A DNA stretch of 64,000 nucleotides from Eledone cirrhosa (Eukaryota). Within the stretch, counting starts at the first letter, position 1, and every line of letters starts with the position of its first letter. Where the stretch lies: contig OZ024744.1 of the NCBI GenBank assembly GCA_964016885.1, forward strand, positions 7,006,001 through 7,070,000, in the 5' to 3' direction. A program made the position numbers and the translations under genes. Below are positions 52,730-64,000 of this stretch, piece by piece. A model generated the notes under the pieces. That model made no database searches. It was not told where the DNA came from and saw nothing but the letters and a program-made list of their open reading frames with translations.

Positions 52730-53744
52730 GGAGATCTGAGGGTGGAAGAGGTCTTATCAGCATAGAGGACTGTGTTCAGATGGAGAAAAACAACCTATAC
52801 AAATACGTGACCTATAGTAAGGAGCCAATGCTCAGAGCTGTACTGAAGGAGGGGACAGTAGGCCAGGGGATGTCCAGGGAGGAAATAACATCAAGGAGGA
52901 AGAGCAGCCTTAAGGGAAAACCCCTTCATAGTACCTTCTTTGAGAAAACTGAATTTAGAGATCCACAGACATGGAACTGGTTGAGAAGAGGAGACCTCAA
53001 AAAGGCTACAGAAGGAATGCTAATGGCTGCGCAGGAGCAGGCCCTCAAAACGAAGTGGTTGAAGCAAAATATCTACAAGGAGGACGCCAGCCCACTGTGC
53101 AGGATCTGTGGAGAGAGAGAGGAGACTGTGGCTCACATTGTGTCCGAGTGTAAACACCTAGCCCAGACCCACTATAAGGGCTGGAGACACGATGTGATGG
53201 GCAGGGTGATCCACTGGCACCTGTGCAAAGTAAACAATCTACCACATTCTGAGAAATGGTATGAGCATAGGCCAGAGGCGGTGATGGAGAACAATCAGGT
53301 GAAGGTGCTGTGGGATTTTAGGATACAGACGGACAAAAAACTGGAACACAATAGACCTGACCTGGTGGTTGTGGACAAAGAAAAAAGATCGTGCCTGATT
53401 GTGGATGTGGCCTGCCCGTTCGACACGAGAGTGCAAGAGAAGGAGAGGGAGAAAATTAACCGATACCAGGACCTAAAGTGGGAGGTGAAAAGGATTTGGA
53501 ACTGCCATGAAGTCAAAGTGATCCCGATTGTCATAGGCGCACTGGGGACTATCTCCAAAAGTTTCCAGGGATGGTTAAAGAAAATCGGCCCCTTCACGCT
53601 TTTTGGAACGCTTCAAAAGGCATGCTTGCTTGGAACAGCAAGAACCCTCCGATACGTCCTGAATATCTGAGGCTGCAGGTAGTGGCTTGATATTCAATCC
53701 AACGGACTTTCCAGTTAACCAACATCAATGACTGAGATTCAAGG
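52727..53744 (+). mobile_element. Family A 3' fragment, open frame to the stop at 53670
   Basis: RRSEGGRGL..CRIC..RHD..RPDL..RYVLNI plus 3'UTR. TAA microhomology at the 5' junction. Confidence 0.95.
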
Positions 53745-54020
53745 AATAACAATAACAATAATAATAATAATAATAATGTTTTCTTTATTAACCACAAGGG
53801 TTCACATAAAGTAGACATTAAGGACAGTACAGGACAATACAGGACGGTACAAATGGGCATTTCTGCGTGTAAAAAACAAAAATAGGATGTAACAAAAAAT
53901 AACAATGAAAAATTCCCCAATAGGGGAGAGACTTCGGAGGGACATTTGTGGAGAAAGCCCAGTAAAAGGCCACAATGACCCTGACCACCAGGGCAAGTGC
54001 CCTCTCCCAGTTTTCCACCT

Positions 54021-57000
54021 TTAATTTACAGATATATACTCAGAGTAGGCCCATTCACTCGGGCCATTCTTGCCTCTCACCCATCTTTCAACAAAATGCT
54101 GGGAAGAGAACACTTCCCTCTCTACTCTGATTTTCCTTTTCAAATGAAATTTGAAATAGTCAATCAGAGCATCACCGAAGAGGTAAGTGCTCGTCTTCAG
54201 CCCTTTCAAACGTGTCCACCATACTATCTCTTTCGACATGGCCACCAGACAGATAAAAACTGCCTGCCCTTCCCGGCTAAAGGAGGAGGGAGGGGCAATC
54301 CTCACGAAGGACTCAGATGATAGCCGGATCCGTCCTAAACGCGACAGCAGGTGTTCGACATAAACCCACAAGTCAGCAATTTTCGGACACTGGACGAGTG
54401 CGTGCAGGACGGTTTCGTCACCCTGCGTGCATCTCGGACATGCCCGGCTGACGGCACCTCCATGCCTGTAGAGTTTATGCCGAACCGGCAAGGCTCCTCG
54501 GTAGCACTGCCAGGCCAGAGATTTCTGGAAGTTGTCCATAGGCCCTGGCCCGAAAGTTCTTCCGAAGAGATTGGCTAGTTGATTTTCGTCGACGCCTAGA
54601 GTTTCCCCAAGTACGTCGTCGCTCTTCCCCTCCACTAATCCTCTATAGAACGCCGAGGCGGAGTTTCCACCGATCACATTGCCCGATTGGTCGAGGGCTG
54701 TGAGCGCCTGAAGACATTCCAGTCTCCAGACGCTCCCTCTCGGTCTTCGCTTGACCCAGGACTGCAGCTCCGTGAAGGAAACGAGCTGGGGAAATACGTG
54801 TCTAGCAAACGACGACGACACCTGATCACCGTCGAGGAAGAGGTGGAGATGTCGTAGCCTGAGCGCGTGTCTGCGCATCATCAGCCACGGCATTCCCAGC
54901 CCTTCACGTAGCGGGTGTTGACAACAGATTGACCGCCTGACCATCGGAGCGCGTCCCTTCCACAAAAAGCGAAAGAGCAAACGCTCCAGCGCAGTCAGGC
55001 GAGGCTTAGGACAAGGTACGACGGTCAGGCGGTAGCAGATGACAGACGCGATGTACACGTTAGCCCCCTCCGCTCGACCTTTCAGGGATAGCTTCCTCTC
55101 CGCCCATTTCTGGGTGAGAGAAGCCACCCTGCTCGTCACCTCGTCCCAGTTTTTGTGCGTCTGGAGGTCCGGACCGAACCAGAACCCTAGCAATTTAACC
55201 GGTCCGTCCGTCCAGCGTCCGACGACGCTGTTGGACGGCATGGACCTGCCTCTCCAGGTGCCGAGCTGCAGGCCCACTGACTTTTCCTGGTTGATCATTG
55301 CTCCTGTCACCGCTTCGTATTCTCTTAGTGTAGTGCCGATCGCCTCGATGTGTTTGGCGTTCGACACCACTACGGTGACATCGTCGGCATATGCTGACAC
55401 GGATCTTCCGCATCCTAGTTCGCGCGGGATGCTCCTCAACGTCTCCAGTTTGTGCAGTAATGGCTCGAGAGTCCATACGTACAAGAGGGACGAGAGGGGA
55501 CACCCTTGGCGGACCGAGCCCATGATGTTGAACGGTTCCGACAGGTGACCGTTCACTCCCACCACAGAGCAGATGTCGCTGTGCATGCCAGTGATCCAGC
55601 CTCTGAAGACGGGCCCAAAGCCAGCCGGCCTCAGGACTGCCGCTAGGTAACGATGGTCGATCCTATCGAAAGCTTTCGACTGATCTAAATTGATCAAGGA
55701 CCCACCCGTGCCAGGTTCCCTAGCTACCCTCTCTACGACGTATCGCATGAGGTGGAGGTTGTCGTGGATGGATCTGTCGGGAATGGCGCATGTCTGCGCC
55801 TCTCCCACCAGACCACCAACGACAAGCGCCAACCTCTTTGCCAGCACCTTGGCCAAAATCTTGAACTCCGTGTTTAGCAGAGTTATGGGCCTGAAATTAT
55901 CTATGTTATCCCCCTTGTTCGGATCCTTTCTCAGCAGTGCCACCGCTCTTCGGCTCACAGAACTGGGAATTCTACCGTTCTGTTGCCAGTTGCAGTAGAC
56001 GCCCGCCAAGAGGCCTCCTAACAAGTCTGGCATCTGTACGTAAAGTTCATAGGGCAGACCATCCAAACCAGGCGATTTACCCCTTGTGCAACTAGTCATT
56101 GCATCCCGTACTTCAGCGGTTGTTATCGGCTTTTCGCAACACTCCGCCTCAGTGGCCGAAAGCCGCGGCAGTCCGTCGAGGTAGACACTAAAGTCCATCC
56201 CTCGATCCGGCCCGCCACTGCCCCCGAACAGTTGAGCGAAGTGTCGCTGAAAAGCTTCACACATTTGCCCGGGATCGAGTAGCATGCGCTCGTCGTGGTC
56301 CACCAAAGACCGGATCGTGGCTTTGTTGCCACGACGCGCCTCCGCCACTCGAGCCCATTGAACGGCTTTCGTCCCCTCGTGTCTGAGAGCACGCACCCTT
56401 GCTCTGACAACGCAGCCTTCGTGCTTTGCATTGAAGAATTTGTCAAGGGCCAATTTCTCCGCAAGCACGTCGGTCGCAATGCCTTTGCTAAGCGCCTCGT
56501 CTAATTTTCAAACTAGTTCTCCCTCTGCTCTATTTTTCTCTATTGCTAAAGCCTTACTAAACCTAATCGATTCTATTCTAATCGCTCTTTACAGAGCAAA
56601 CCACCACCTGTTGTTGACGATGGCCCCCGTCAACGCCCACTTAACTAGTTCGCTAATCCGGTCTCTGTAGGCCTTGCGCGCTGGTAAGGACGCGTTTAGC
56701 TTCCAGTAGCCGGGTCCTCGTCTATGAAGCCTATCTAAGTCAAGCACACAGATCACGAATTTGTGGTCCGTGTAGCTGACTATCTTGAATTGTGGACAGC
56801 CTATGCTAGACCTATCTATTTCCCTACAAAATACTCTATCTAGATATGATCTGGATGACCCTATGCGATTTGTCCAACTCCATATTGGCACATTCGGGAA
56901 ATACAATCGGTACCTGTCAGACAGTTCAAAACGCCTGACCAGGTTGGTGAGGCTCTTGCACCCTCCACCCATATCCGCTAATCCCACACAGTCCCAGCGT

Positions 57001-57431
57001 GCATCTAAGATCCCGTTCCAGTCGCCCACTAACACTAAAGAGCGGGACGTTCCAAGAAAGGTCTCCAGACGCCGGAAGAAATCAGGCCGCCCTGCTCCTG
57101 TCGGGGCATAGACGGTCACTAGCCTGAAAGCTTGCCTGTCTCAGCTGGTCACGTCCAGCACCACCAACTTACCCTCTGGATCCAGGAAGATGGCCCGTAT
57201 GGCGAGATCCAAACCTCTCCGAAAAAGCACAGCAACTCCTCCCCCCGATCCAGGACGGCTGGGAGATGCGTACACATCGTAGCCGCCGAAGATCCGTGCT
57301 TCGGAGATTCTGGTCTCGCTGATGGCCACTACATCTATGTTTAGTGACCTGAGGTCGTTGAGCAGGTGACCCTGCTTCCATGACGACCCCAAGCCACGCG
57401 CATTTATGCTGCCTATTCTGAGTGAGGTCAT
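54021..57431 (-). pseudogene. Tx1 ORF2: APE endonuclease, RT and CCHC, with three in-frame stops (57141, 56589, 56508)
   Basis: APE: MTSLRIGSINARGL..AISET..VYAP..GDWNG..SYLDRVF..TDH. RT: SPGLDG, NFRPITLLN, LDQSKAFD, VRQGCPLS, YADD. Knuckle CPRC-x8-H-x4-C. All pieces share one frame. Confidence 0.93.
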
Positions 57432-57433
57432 GT

Positions 57434-59579
57434 TTAAAATAGAGTGGAAAAGATGGGAAAGACCACTTTCCGTACTTTTTGTAGAGGAGGGATGGTTTTT
57501 ACATCCCTTTTCACTTGATCGTCTGGTGAAGGGACCGTTGAATCGTCCCATCGGCTGGTCATCGGCTCTTCTATGAGTATGTCCGAATATACTCTTCGGT
57601 TGATAGTTCCTCCTAGGTCTCTGAAATCACCAACTGCGTTGGGGAATTTCGTTTTAATGTTTGTGTATTGTTTCTGTGCTATTTTTAGCAGTTTTATGTT
57701 AGTTGGCGTTTTGATTGGTGCTGGTATTATGTAGTCGTGTTGTGAAATGTCTGTGCGTTCAATTATGTAAGTCATTAGTTTCTTATTGTGTGTATTTATT
57801 GCCGTGCATTTGTTTTTCTGGGGGTGGGGTGTGGTTCTGCTATTTTCTTGTCGTTTTTGCTGGGTGTGTGTGTTTTGTTGTTGTGTTTGCGATGTTGGTG
57901 CTTGTGGTGTTGAAGGTGTTGTTGTTGTTGGCGCTGGGGTTGTCGCCGGTGGTGATGGTGGTGCTAGTGTGGGTGGTGATGGTGTTGGTGGTGTTGCTGC
58001 TGTGAGTCTCTTTGCAGTAGACTTTACCCTTTTTTCATTTCTTTCCTCCCTTTTCAAAGGCGACGATGCGCTGCTTCTGCGTTTGTGCCTTCTTACGACA
58101 TTTTGCCATCCCTCTCCCACCTCACACTCCATGTCTGATTCTGTGAGGTCGGGGAGGGGTACCAGCTCCACTCTTTCACTTGTTGTTGTTGGTGATGTTT
58201 GCACTGGAGTCTCTGTTGCAGCTGCATTTGGTATTGCTGTTGTTGTTGTTAATACTTCCACTGCTGCTGCTGTTTTTGATTTCCGTGGCGTGGGTATGGG
58301 TGCCACGGACCTATCGTTCCTGGTTGCCGCTTGTCCTGTTGCTGGTAGCCGTCGAGCCGGTTTCGGAAGGAGGGGGGTTTTCTCCTTTCTCAAGGTCTTC
58401 TCGTTGCAGAAGGCCCTGAGGTGAGTCTTCGATCCACAGCGAAAGCATTTCGGGCGTTTTCCCTCAACATTTATGGGCAGTTGAGTGCCGTTATCGAAGT
58501 CTATCACATCCGGGATAGCTTCGATGCACTCCTGGTTGGTTTGGATTAACATCTCAATGGAGGTGACGACCCAATCTTCTCTTACTTTTTTCTGTACTTG
58601 CAGTACAGTTGTTTTGTCCTCGATTCCGACGAGGACAGACGCGGCCAGCCAAGAAGGGGCCATCCCGGGGTGGCACGTGGGTCAGTTTGACCCTCACAAT
58701 TTTTTGCCCGCAGTAGGAGGGCACCAACACCATTTCCTCGCTCCTTAGGGTCACTACGGATTGAACCTTTGCCTCCTGGGGTGTGGCAAAAAGTACGTCT
58801 ACGGTGGCATATTTCTTGCCTCGGGTGATGTGTGTTTTCCGCTTCCACACAGACCCCAAGGCTTTTTGTATTTGAGCCTCTGTGGCTCTTTCCACCCTAC
58901 GGGATTTTGTACTTACTGTACGGTACGTGACCGTACAGTGCTGTTGGGTTTCAAAAAATGTTTCCGCTGCCTTGCAGATTGCTCGGTGTCCTGTTTTTGT
59001 CACCATCTTCTTCGCTTCCTCTAATTCCTCATTTGTTATGAGGATTGTTTCCAGGTTCTTCGCGATACCTGCAAACGAGATTGGTTTTTCTTTGCTGCTG
59101 TTGTTGTTGTTGTTGTCGTCAGAGCTGCTGTTATTTTTGTTGTTGCTGCAGGTACTACGACTACTGCCGCCGCCGCTGTTGCTGTGGTTGTTGTTGTTGT
59201 TGCTGCTGCTAATGCTGCTGTTGTTTATGCTGCTGCTGATGCTGTTGCGGCTGCTTCTGTTGTTTTCATTGTCACTGTTGCTGTTGTTATTACGGCTGCT
59301 ACTGCTATTATTCCTGACGTCAGACGAATGAAATGGGTTTTCGTATTTCCCGCACACCTGTTTCGTCGTCGTTGTCGTCGTCGTCGTCGTGGAGAAATCT
59401 TGCACGCTTTGCACGAGACTTTTCTTTTCTGTCGTCGCTTGCGAAAGAGAAGGGAGGGAGAGAGACACATTTAAAGAAGGGAGGGAGAGAGACAATCTTC
59501 TCTCTGCTGTAGTGACGATTGAGGAAGAAGAAGACGGAATGAGTGGGAGTGACTTATGCAAATTCTTTTTCGTAGCCAT
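57434..59579 (-). pseudogene. Tx1 ORF1 (gag-like: low-complexity N-terminus, RRM-like region, CCHC knuckle), one frameshift near 58668
   Basis: MATKK at 59579. ORF pieces 58554..59654 and 57434..58663 overlap at VPP/GMAP. Knuckle CFRCGSKTHLRAFC. Confidence 0.88.
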
Positions 59580-59797
59580 GTTGTTTTTTTTTTGTTTAAA
59601 ATAAATATTGGGCACAAAACCCCAATAAGCTGTTATTTCACCCCGAAGGGCCAAATAACGGGCAGAAAGACCCCTCTCACGAGGAGGAGGGTGTTTTTGT
59701 CTATAAGTTGGTTAAAGTTTTAAACAATTTACAAATGTTATAGCGGTCAAAATTTACAATACCTTACAGAGCCGAGCCTCCGTCAACCATAGCATTC

Positions 59798-59840
59798 AAT
59801 AATAATAATAATAATAATTATTATTATTATTATTATTATT
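59798..59840. repeat. Inverted microsatellite (AAT)n-(ATT)n, perfect 40-bp palindrome at 59798-59837
   Basis: Read directly; centre AA|TT at 59817/59818. Confidence 0.97.
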
Positions 59841-62800
59841 GACCACCGGCCAAACGTCAACAACTATGGCACTTCTGGCTCCCCCTTTCCTCACCAACAA
59901 TATAAAAAGCCCCAGCACCACCTCCGACATAGCCAACAACAATAACAGGCAACTTCAGCAAAAAGTATATTATATTATTGTAATGCACTGGGTAATTGCT
60001 GGCCTTGGGCCTGGAGTGGAGACAATTATTAATAATTTCATTCGTAAGCCACGCAATGCTCACATTAAGGAACCACTCATGATAATAACAATTTAAAAAA
60101 ACAACATAAAAGAAAACCCCGTGACCAAGAAATACCTGGATGGCCGCCGAGGGGAATAGCCGTGTCTCTAGGGGAGAACGACCCCTCTAGTCTTGCTTGA
60201 CACTCGTTCTAGAAGTGGTAACACGAAATGATTACTCCTTGGCGGATAAGGATAAAACGCGACAAAATAAAGTAAATGACTAATGATAAAATCTCATACC
60301 GGATCGGCCGTCACCCGGGTCAAAAAGGGCCGCGTCCCTCAGAGAGGAACCAGACTGGGGTCGAAAAATCAGCTAATGGTTCAAACCTTCCCATCACTTC
60401 GGAGCTGGAGACCTCCCATAACCGGAATACTCCTACTGTTGGCCCTCCATGCTCACCACCAAGAAATCCAAAGAAAAAGAGAGAAAAATGCTCAAGGGAA
60501 GATAATAAAGAAGTCCTTGAGGCTTTCTACACTGCCATGTACTACCCATCAAATACATCGAATACAGAACAGACATATATCAACTGGAAAAAGAAACATC
60601 CCGAAAACAGAGGCTATATTGACAGTAACAAACTAGCCAATATACGAAGAAATATTGTAAAAAAAAAGTTACTAACTGATATAGAAATTGATCAGATCAA
60701 GCTATTAGCACAAAGTCAGCGAAGGGAAAATGAAACATGTTTCAGTGAAAACGAGGTAAATTGTAACACTTCGAATCCCAGGGTTGGGGCGGAATCACTG
60801 GCAACAGAACAAATTAAAGAAAGGATCGAAAAAGTGGAGGGAGTGCATGCTCAAGATGAAACTCCAAATGAAAATAATGAGATCGTAAATCATAAAGAAA
60901 TGAATGAGAATGAACTTGCCAACTTGAAGGATGAAATTATGATCGAATGGATGAAAATGAAAGAATCTGACATGGAGCAACGAGACACCCTCCCTAAGAT
61001 CCAGAACTCCAAACAGAACCAAAAGATAATACACAAGACTAACATAATTCTCAAAAACATTATCATCACAAAGAAACTAAACATTACAGATTTAAATCAT
61101 CTCTATTATGCATCGGCTAAAGTCACCACTGACTTATGTGGAGTGAAGATGAAAAAACAAAGGAATTCCCACAAGAAATCTACTTGGAAAGAGAACATCA
61201 ATCGCCAAATAAACCTTCTCCGATCTGACATAGAAATTTTAACAAACCATAAAGTAGGTGAACATGTTAAACAAACTAAACTTAGAAAATTGAAAAGAAA
61301 GTACAGTATAAAATCAACAAGTGATATAGACATGCTGATAGAAATAATCAAGCAAAAAGTGTCGGCCAAAGCTGCTCGTATAAGGCGCTTTGAAAAACGA
61401 TCTAGATTCTATAAGGACAATAATATGTTCAAAAACAATCAAAGAAACTTCTACAGAAAAATTGGTAAGTCAACAATAACTGCTAAATCGATACCACCCA
61501 AGGAGGAAGTGCAAGAATTCTGGGAAAAGATCTGGGCCGAAGAAAAAGTCCATAACATACATGCCCCATGGACAGACAATCAAATGAAAGATACAGCTCA
61601 CCTTGAAGAACAAATATGGGAAAATATAAGAGTTGAACAGTTGCGCTTGGCTCTAAGAAAAACTAGCAAATGGAAATCACCAGGAAAAGACAAATACAAA
61701 ATGTTTGGATAAATGCCTTCACAGAGTCTCATGAGCTGTTAGCCCAACTTTACAATGAAATAGTTAAGGAGCCAGAAAAGATACCACCATGGCTAGTTAA
61801 CAGCATTACATTCCTGCTTCCGAACATCAGTCCTAACTGAATATACATATGACCACCTAATAACAAATGACCTATTTCCCATTGAGCAGAAAGGGTGTAA
61901 ACGAGGCTCATATGGCTGTAAGGATCAGCTTCTGGTTAACAAAATGATACTGGAAGATTGTCATAATAGACACAAAAATCTATCAATTGCTTGGATAGAT
62001 TATAAAAAAGCATTCGATAGTTTGCCACACAGTTGGATTGAAAAATGTTTAGAGATTTTCAAAATATCCTCCGTTGTCAGGAGGTTTTTATCATTCAGTA
62101 TGAAGACATGGAAAACGACACTCCTTTTGAATAGTGAAACAAAATCACTGGAAGCTGGAGAAGTTAATATTAATTGTGGAATTTTTCAGGGTGACTCTTT
62201 ATCACCGCTTTTATTCTGCATCGCAATTATACCATTAAGTAAAATGCTCAATGAAACAAAACATGGATATAAAGTCTATGACAAAACCATGAATCACTTG
62301 TTCTACATGGATGACCTGAAACTTTTGCAAAAAATGATGAACAATTGCAAGGGCTATTATCCACTGTGGAACAGTTCAGTGATGACATTAAAATGGAGTT
62401 TGGACTAGATAAATGCGCCAAAGCAACGTTCACCAGAGGAAAGCTGCTGAAGAGTTCAGACATTAATCTTGATCGGGGGAACGTGATAAGAGAACTTGAT
62501 CAAGAAAAAACTTACAAATATCTAGGTGTTTGTGAAGGAGACGGAATCAAGCACTCGACAATGAGGGAAAGGATAAGGAAGGAATGTTACCGCAGAGTCA
62601 GAGCAATCTTAAGAACGGAATTGAATGCAAGGAATAGGATCGATGCCATAAACACGCTTGCCATACCAGTAGTAACCTACAGTTACAATGTCATCAACTG
62701 GTCAAGCACAGAGATCCGTAAACTCGATACAAAAATTCGAAAATTCTTAACCATGCACAGAATGCATCACCCTAAGGCAGATACAGATAGAATATATCTC

Positions 62801-63970
62801 CCTAGGAAAGAAGGAGGACGTGGGTTAATCCAGTTAGACATTGCGTTGAAAACTGCAACAATTGGATTATCTACATATCTAAGGGAATCACATGATTGGA
62901 TGATCATACTCGTTTTGAAACACGAAAGCATCAAAAGATCATATTCCATTACAAAAGATGCACAAAAATACAGTAATGGACTACAAATTTCAGAAGTCCC
63001 ATTTACTGCTGAAATGGAAAACACAGAAAAAGCAAAGCAGGTAAAAGTAACTGCAAAGAAAGAACTGCTACACAAACTGGGTAAGAAATGGCAAGAAAAG
63101 CCTCTGTATGGAAAATACCCAGAACGAGCTAACAATCCTGATGTTGACAAAACTTTAACCCATCAGTGGTTGGCATCCTCTGGACTGAAATCGGAGACTG
63201 AAGGACTGATTATATCAGCACAAGATCAGTGTCTGCCAACAAAAAGTTACCAAGCCAACATAATAAAAAATGGATGCAGCCAGAGACCATTGACCATATA
63301 ATTTCAATGTGCAGTCCTATAGCTCCAACCGAATACCTAAACAGGCATGACAGAGCTGCACAATACATACATTGGATAATGTGTAAGCATTTTGACCTGC
63401 CCCATCAAAAGAATTGGTGGGAGCATCAACCAGCTCCCATACTTGAAAAAGATCACATCTCAATCTTGTGGAACTTTAGCATCCAAACAGACCGAAAAAT
63501 AGATGCAAATAGACCTGATATAATATTGAAGGACTTTAAAAAGAGGGTATGCCTGCTAATTGATATGTCCGTTCCAATAGACAAGAATGTATCTATAAAA
63601 ACATTTGAAAAATTGAGCAAGTATAAGGACCTGGAGATAGAAATTGGAAAAATGTGGAAATTGAGAACTAAAACAATACCAGTGGTTGTAGGCGCTCTGG
63701 GAATGATACCTAAGGGGTCTAATGATTACTTATCGCAAATCCCAGGAAATCCGCGTATAGGGGCAATACAAAAGATAGTACTAATGGGAACTGCCCATAT
63801 ACTAAGGAAGATTCTGTCAATATAAGTACATCACAAGTCTAAACACTAAAGATGCATGTGTGAGTATGTATGTTCTTTCTTCAACAAGGCGGACCTTGTT
63901 GTCTCTTGAGGTCACTGGTTGTGACTTGGTGATAACTCGTATGAACATAAAGCAAGATAAATGCAACCGT
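59841..63970 (+). mobile_element. Near full-length family B R4/Dong-like element; ORF 60276..63825 broken by frameshifts and two short deletions
   Basis: Myb-like N-terminus, QGDSLSP, FYMDD, YKYLG, RHD and RPD..D. Relative to the 37152 copy, a deletion at ~61823 removes NYRPITCL and one at ~63280 removes CRVC. The 3'UTR is followed by (AAT)n at 63971-63994. The 5' boundary is inferred from the microsatellite. Confidence 0.92.
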
Positions 63971-64000
63971 AATAATAATAATAATAATAATAATTAAAAA

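Larger units (their letters stand above)
53777..59797 (-). mobile_element. Full-length (~6.0 kb) Tx1-clade element inserted in (AAT)n
   Basis: 5'UTR, ORF1, ORF2 (APE-RT-CCHC) and a 3'UTR with AATAAA followed by (TTA)n. (AAT)n abuts both ends. Confidence 0.95.

Noticed and set aside
50315-53670. Fusion ORFs across (AAT)n (50315..50983, 51345..52763, 52225..53670)
   Set aside because: The ATA and ATT frames of the microsatellite are stop-free, so head-to-head truncated elements join by chance. There is no evidence of selection.
29717-55548. Antisense ORF MTDA.. repeated in four Tx1 copies
   Set aside because: Shadow of the GC-rich RT frame in near-identical copies.

Overview
Eukaryotic, gene-free repetitive DNA, probably heterochromatin. 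The host is probably an invertebrate; a cephalopod-type SINE relic hints at Octopus, but this is weak. Bases 1-24494 are a 48-bp satellite with palindromic monomers, arranged in nested higher-order repeats (8438/9541, 2878, 1389 and 1103 bp). All Cys/His-rich ORFs there are artefacts of the repeat. Bases ~26100-64000 are a dense nest of non-LTR retrotransposons, most of them separated by (AAT)n tracts. Two R4/Dong-clade families (RT plus restriction-like endonuclease; here called A and B) always lie on the + strand, and one A copy has an intact 1130-aa ORF. Tx1-clade elements (ORF1 plus APE-RT) always lie on the - strand, and every copy that keeps its 3' end has both ends in (AAT)n. The main candidate novelty is this shared, strand-polarised use of the same microsatellite by RLE-type and APE-type retroelements. 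Other points of note: conserved covarying RNA stem-loops in the UTRs, a chimeric endonuclease-less Tx1, an RTE element with three tandem C2H2 fingers, a mini-Helitron, and signs of unequal crossing-over. No host gene, rRNA, tRNA or CRISPR array is evident.
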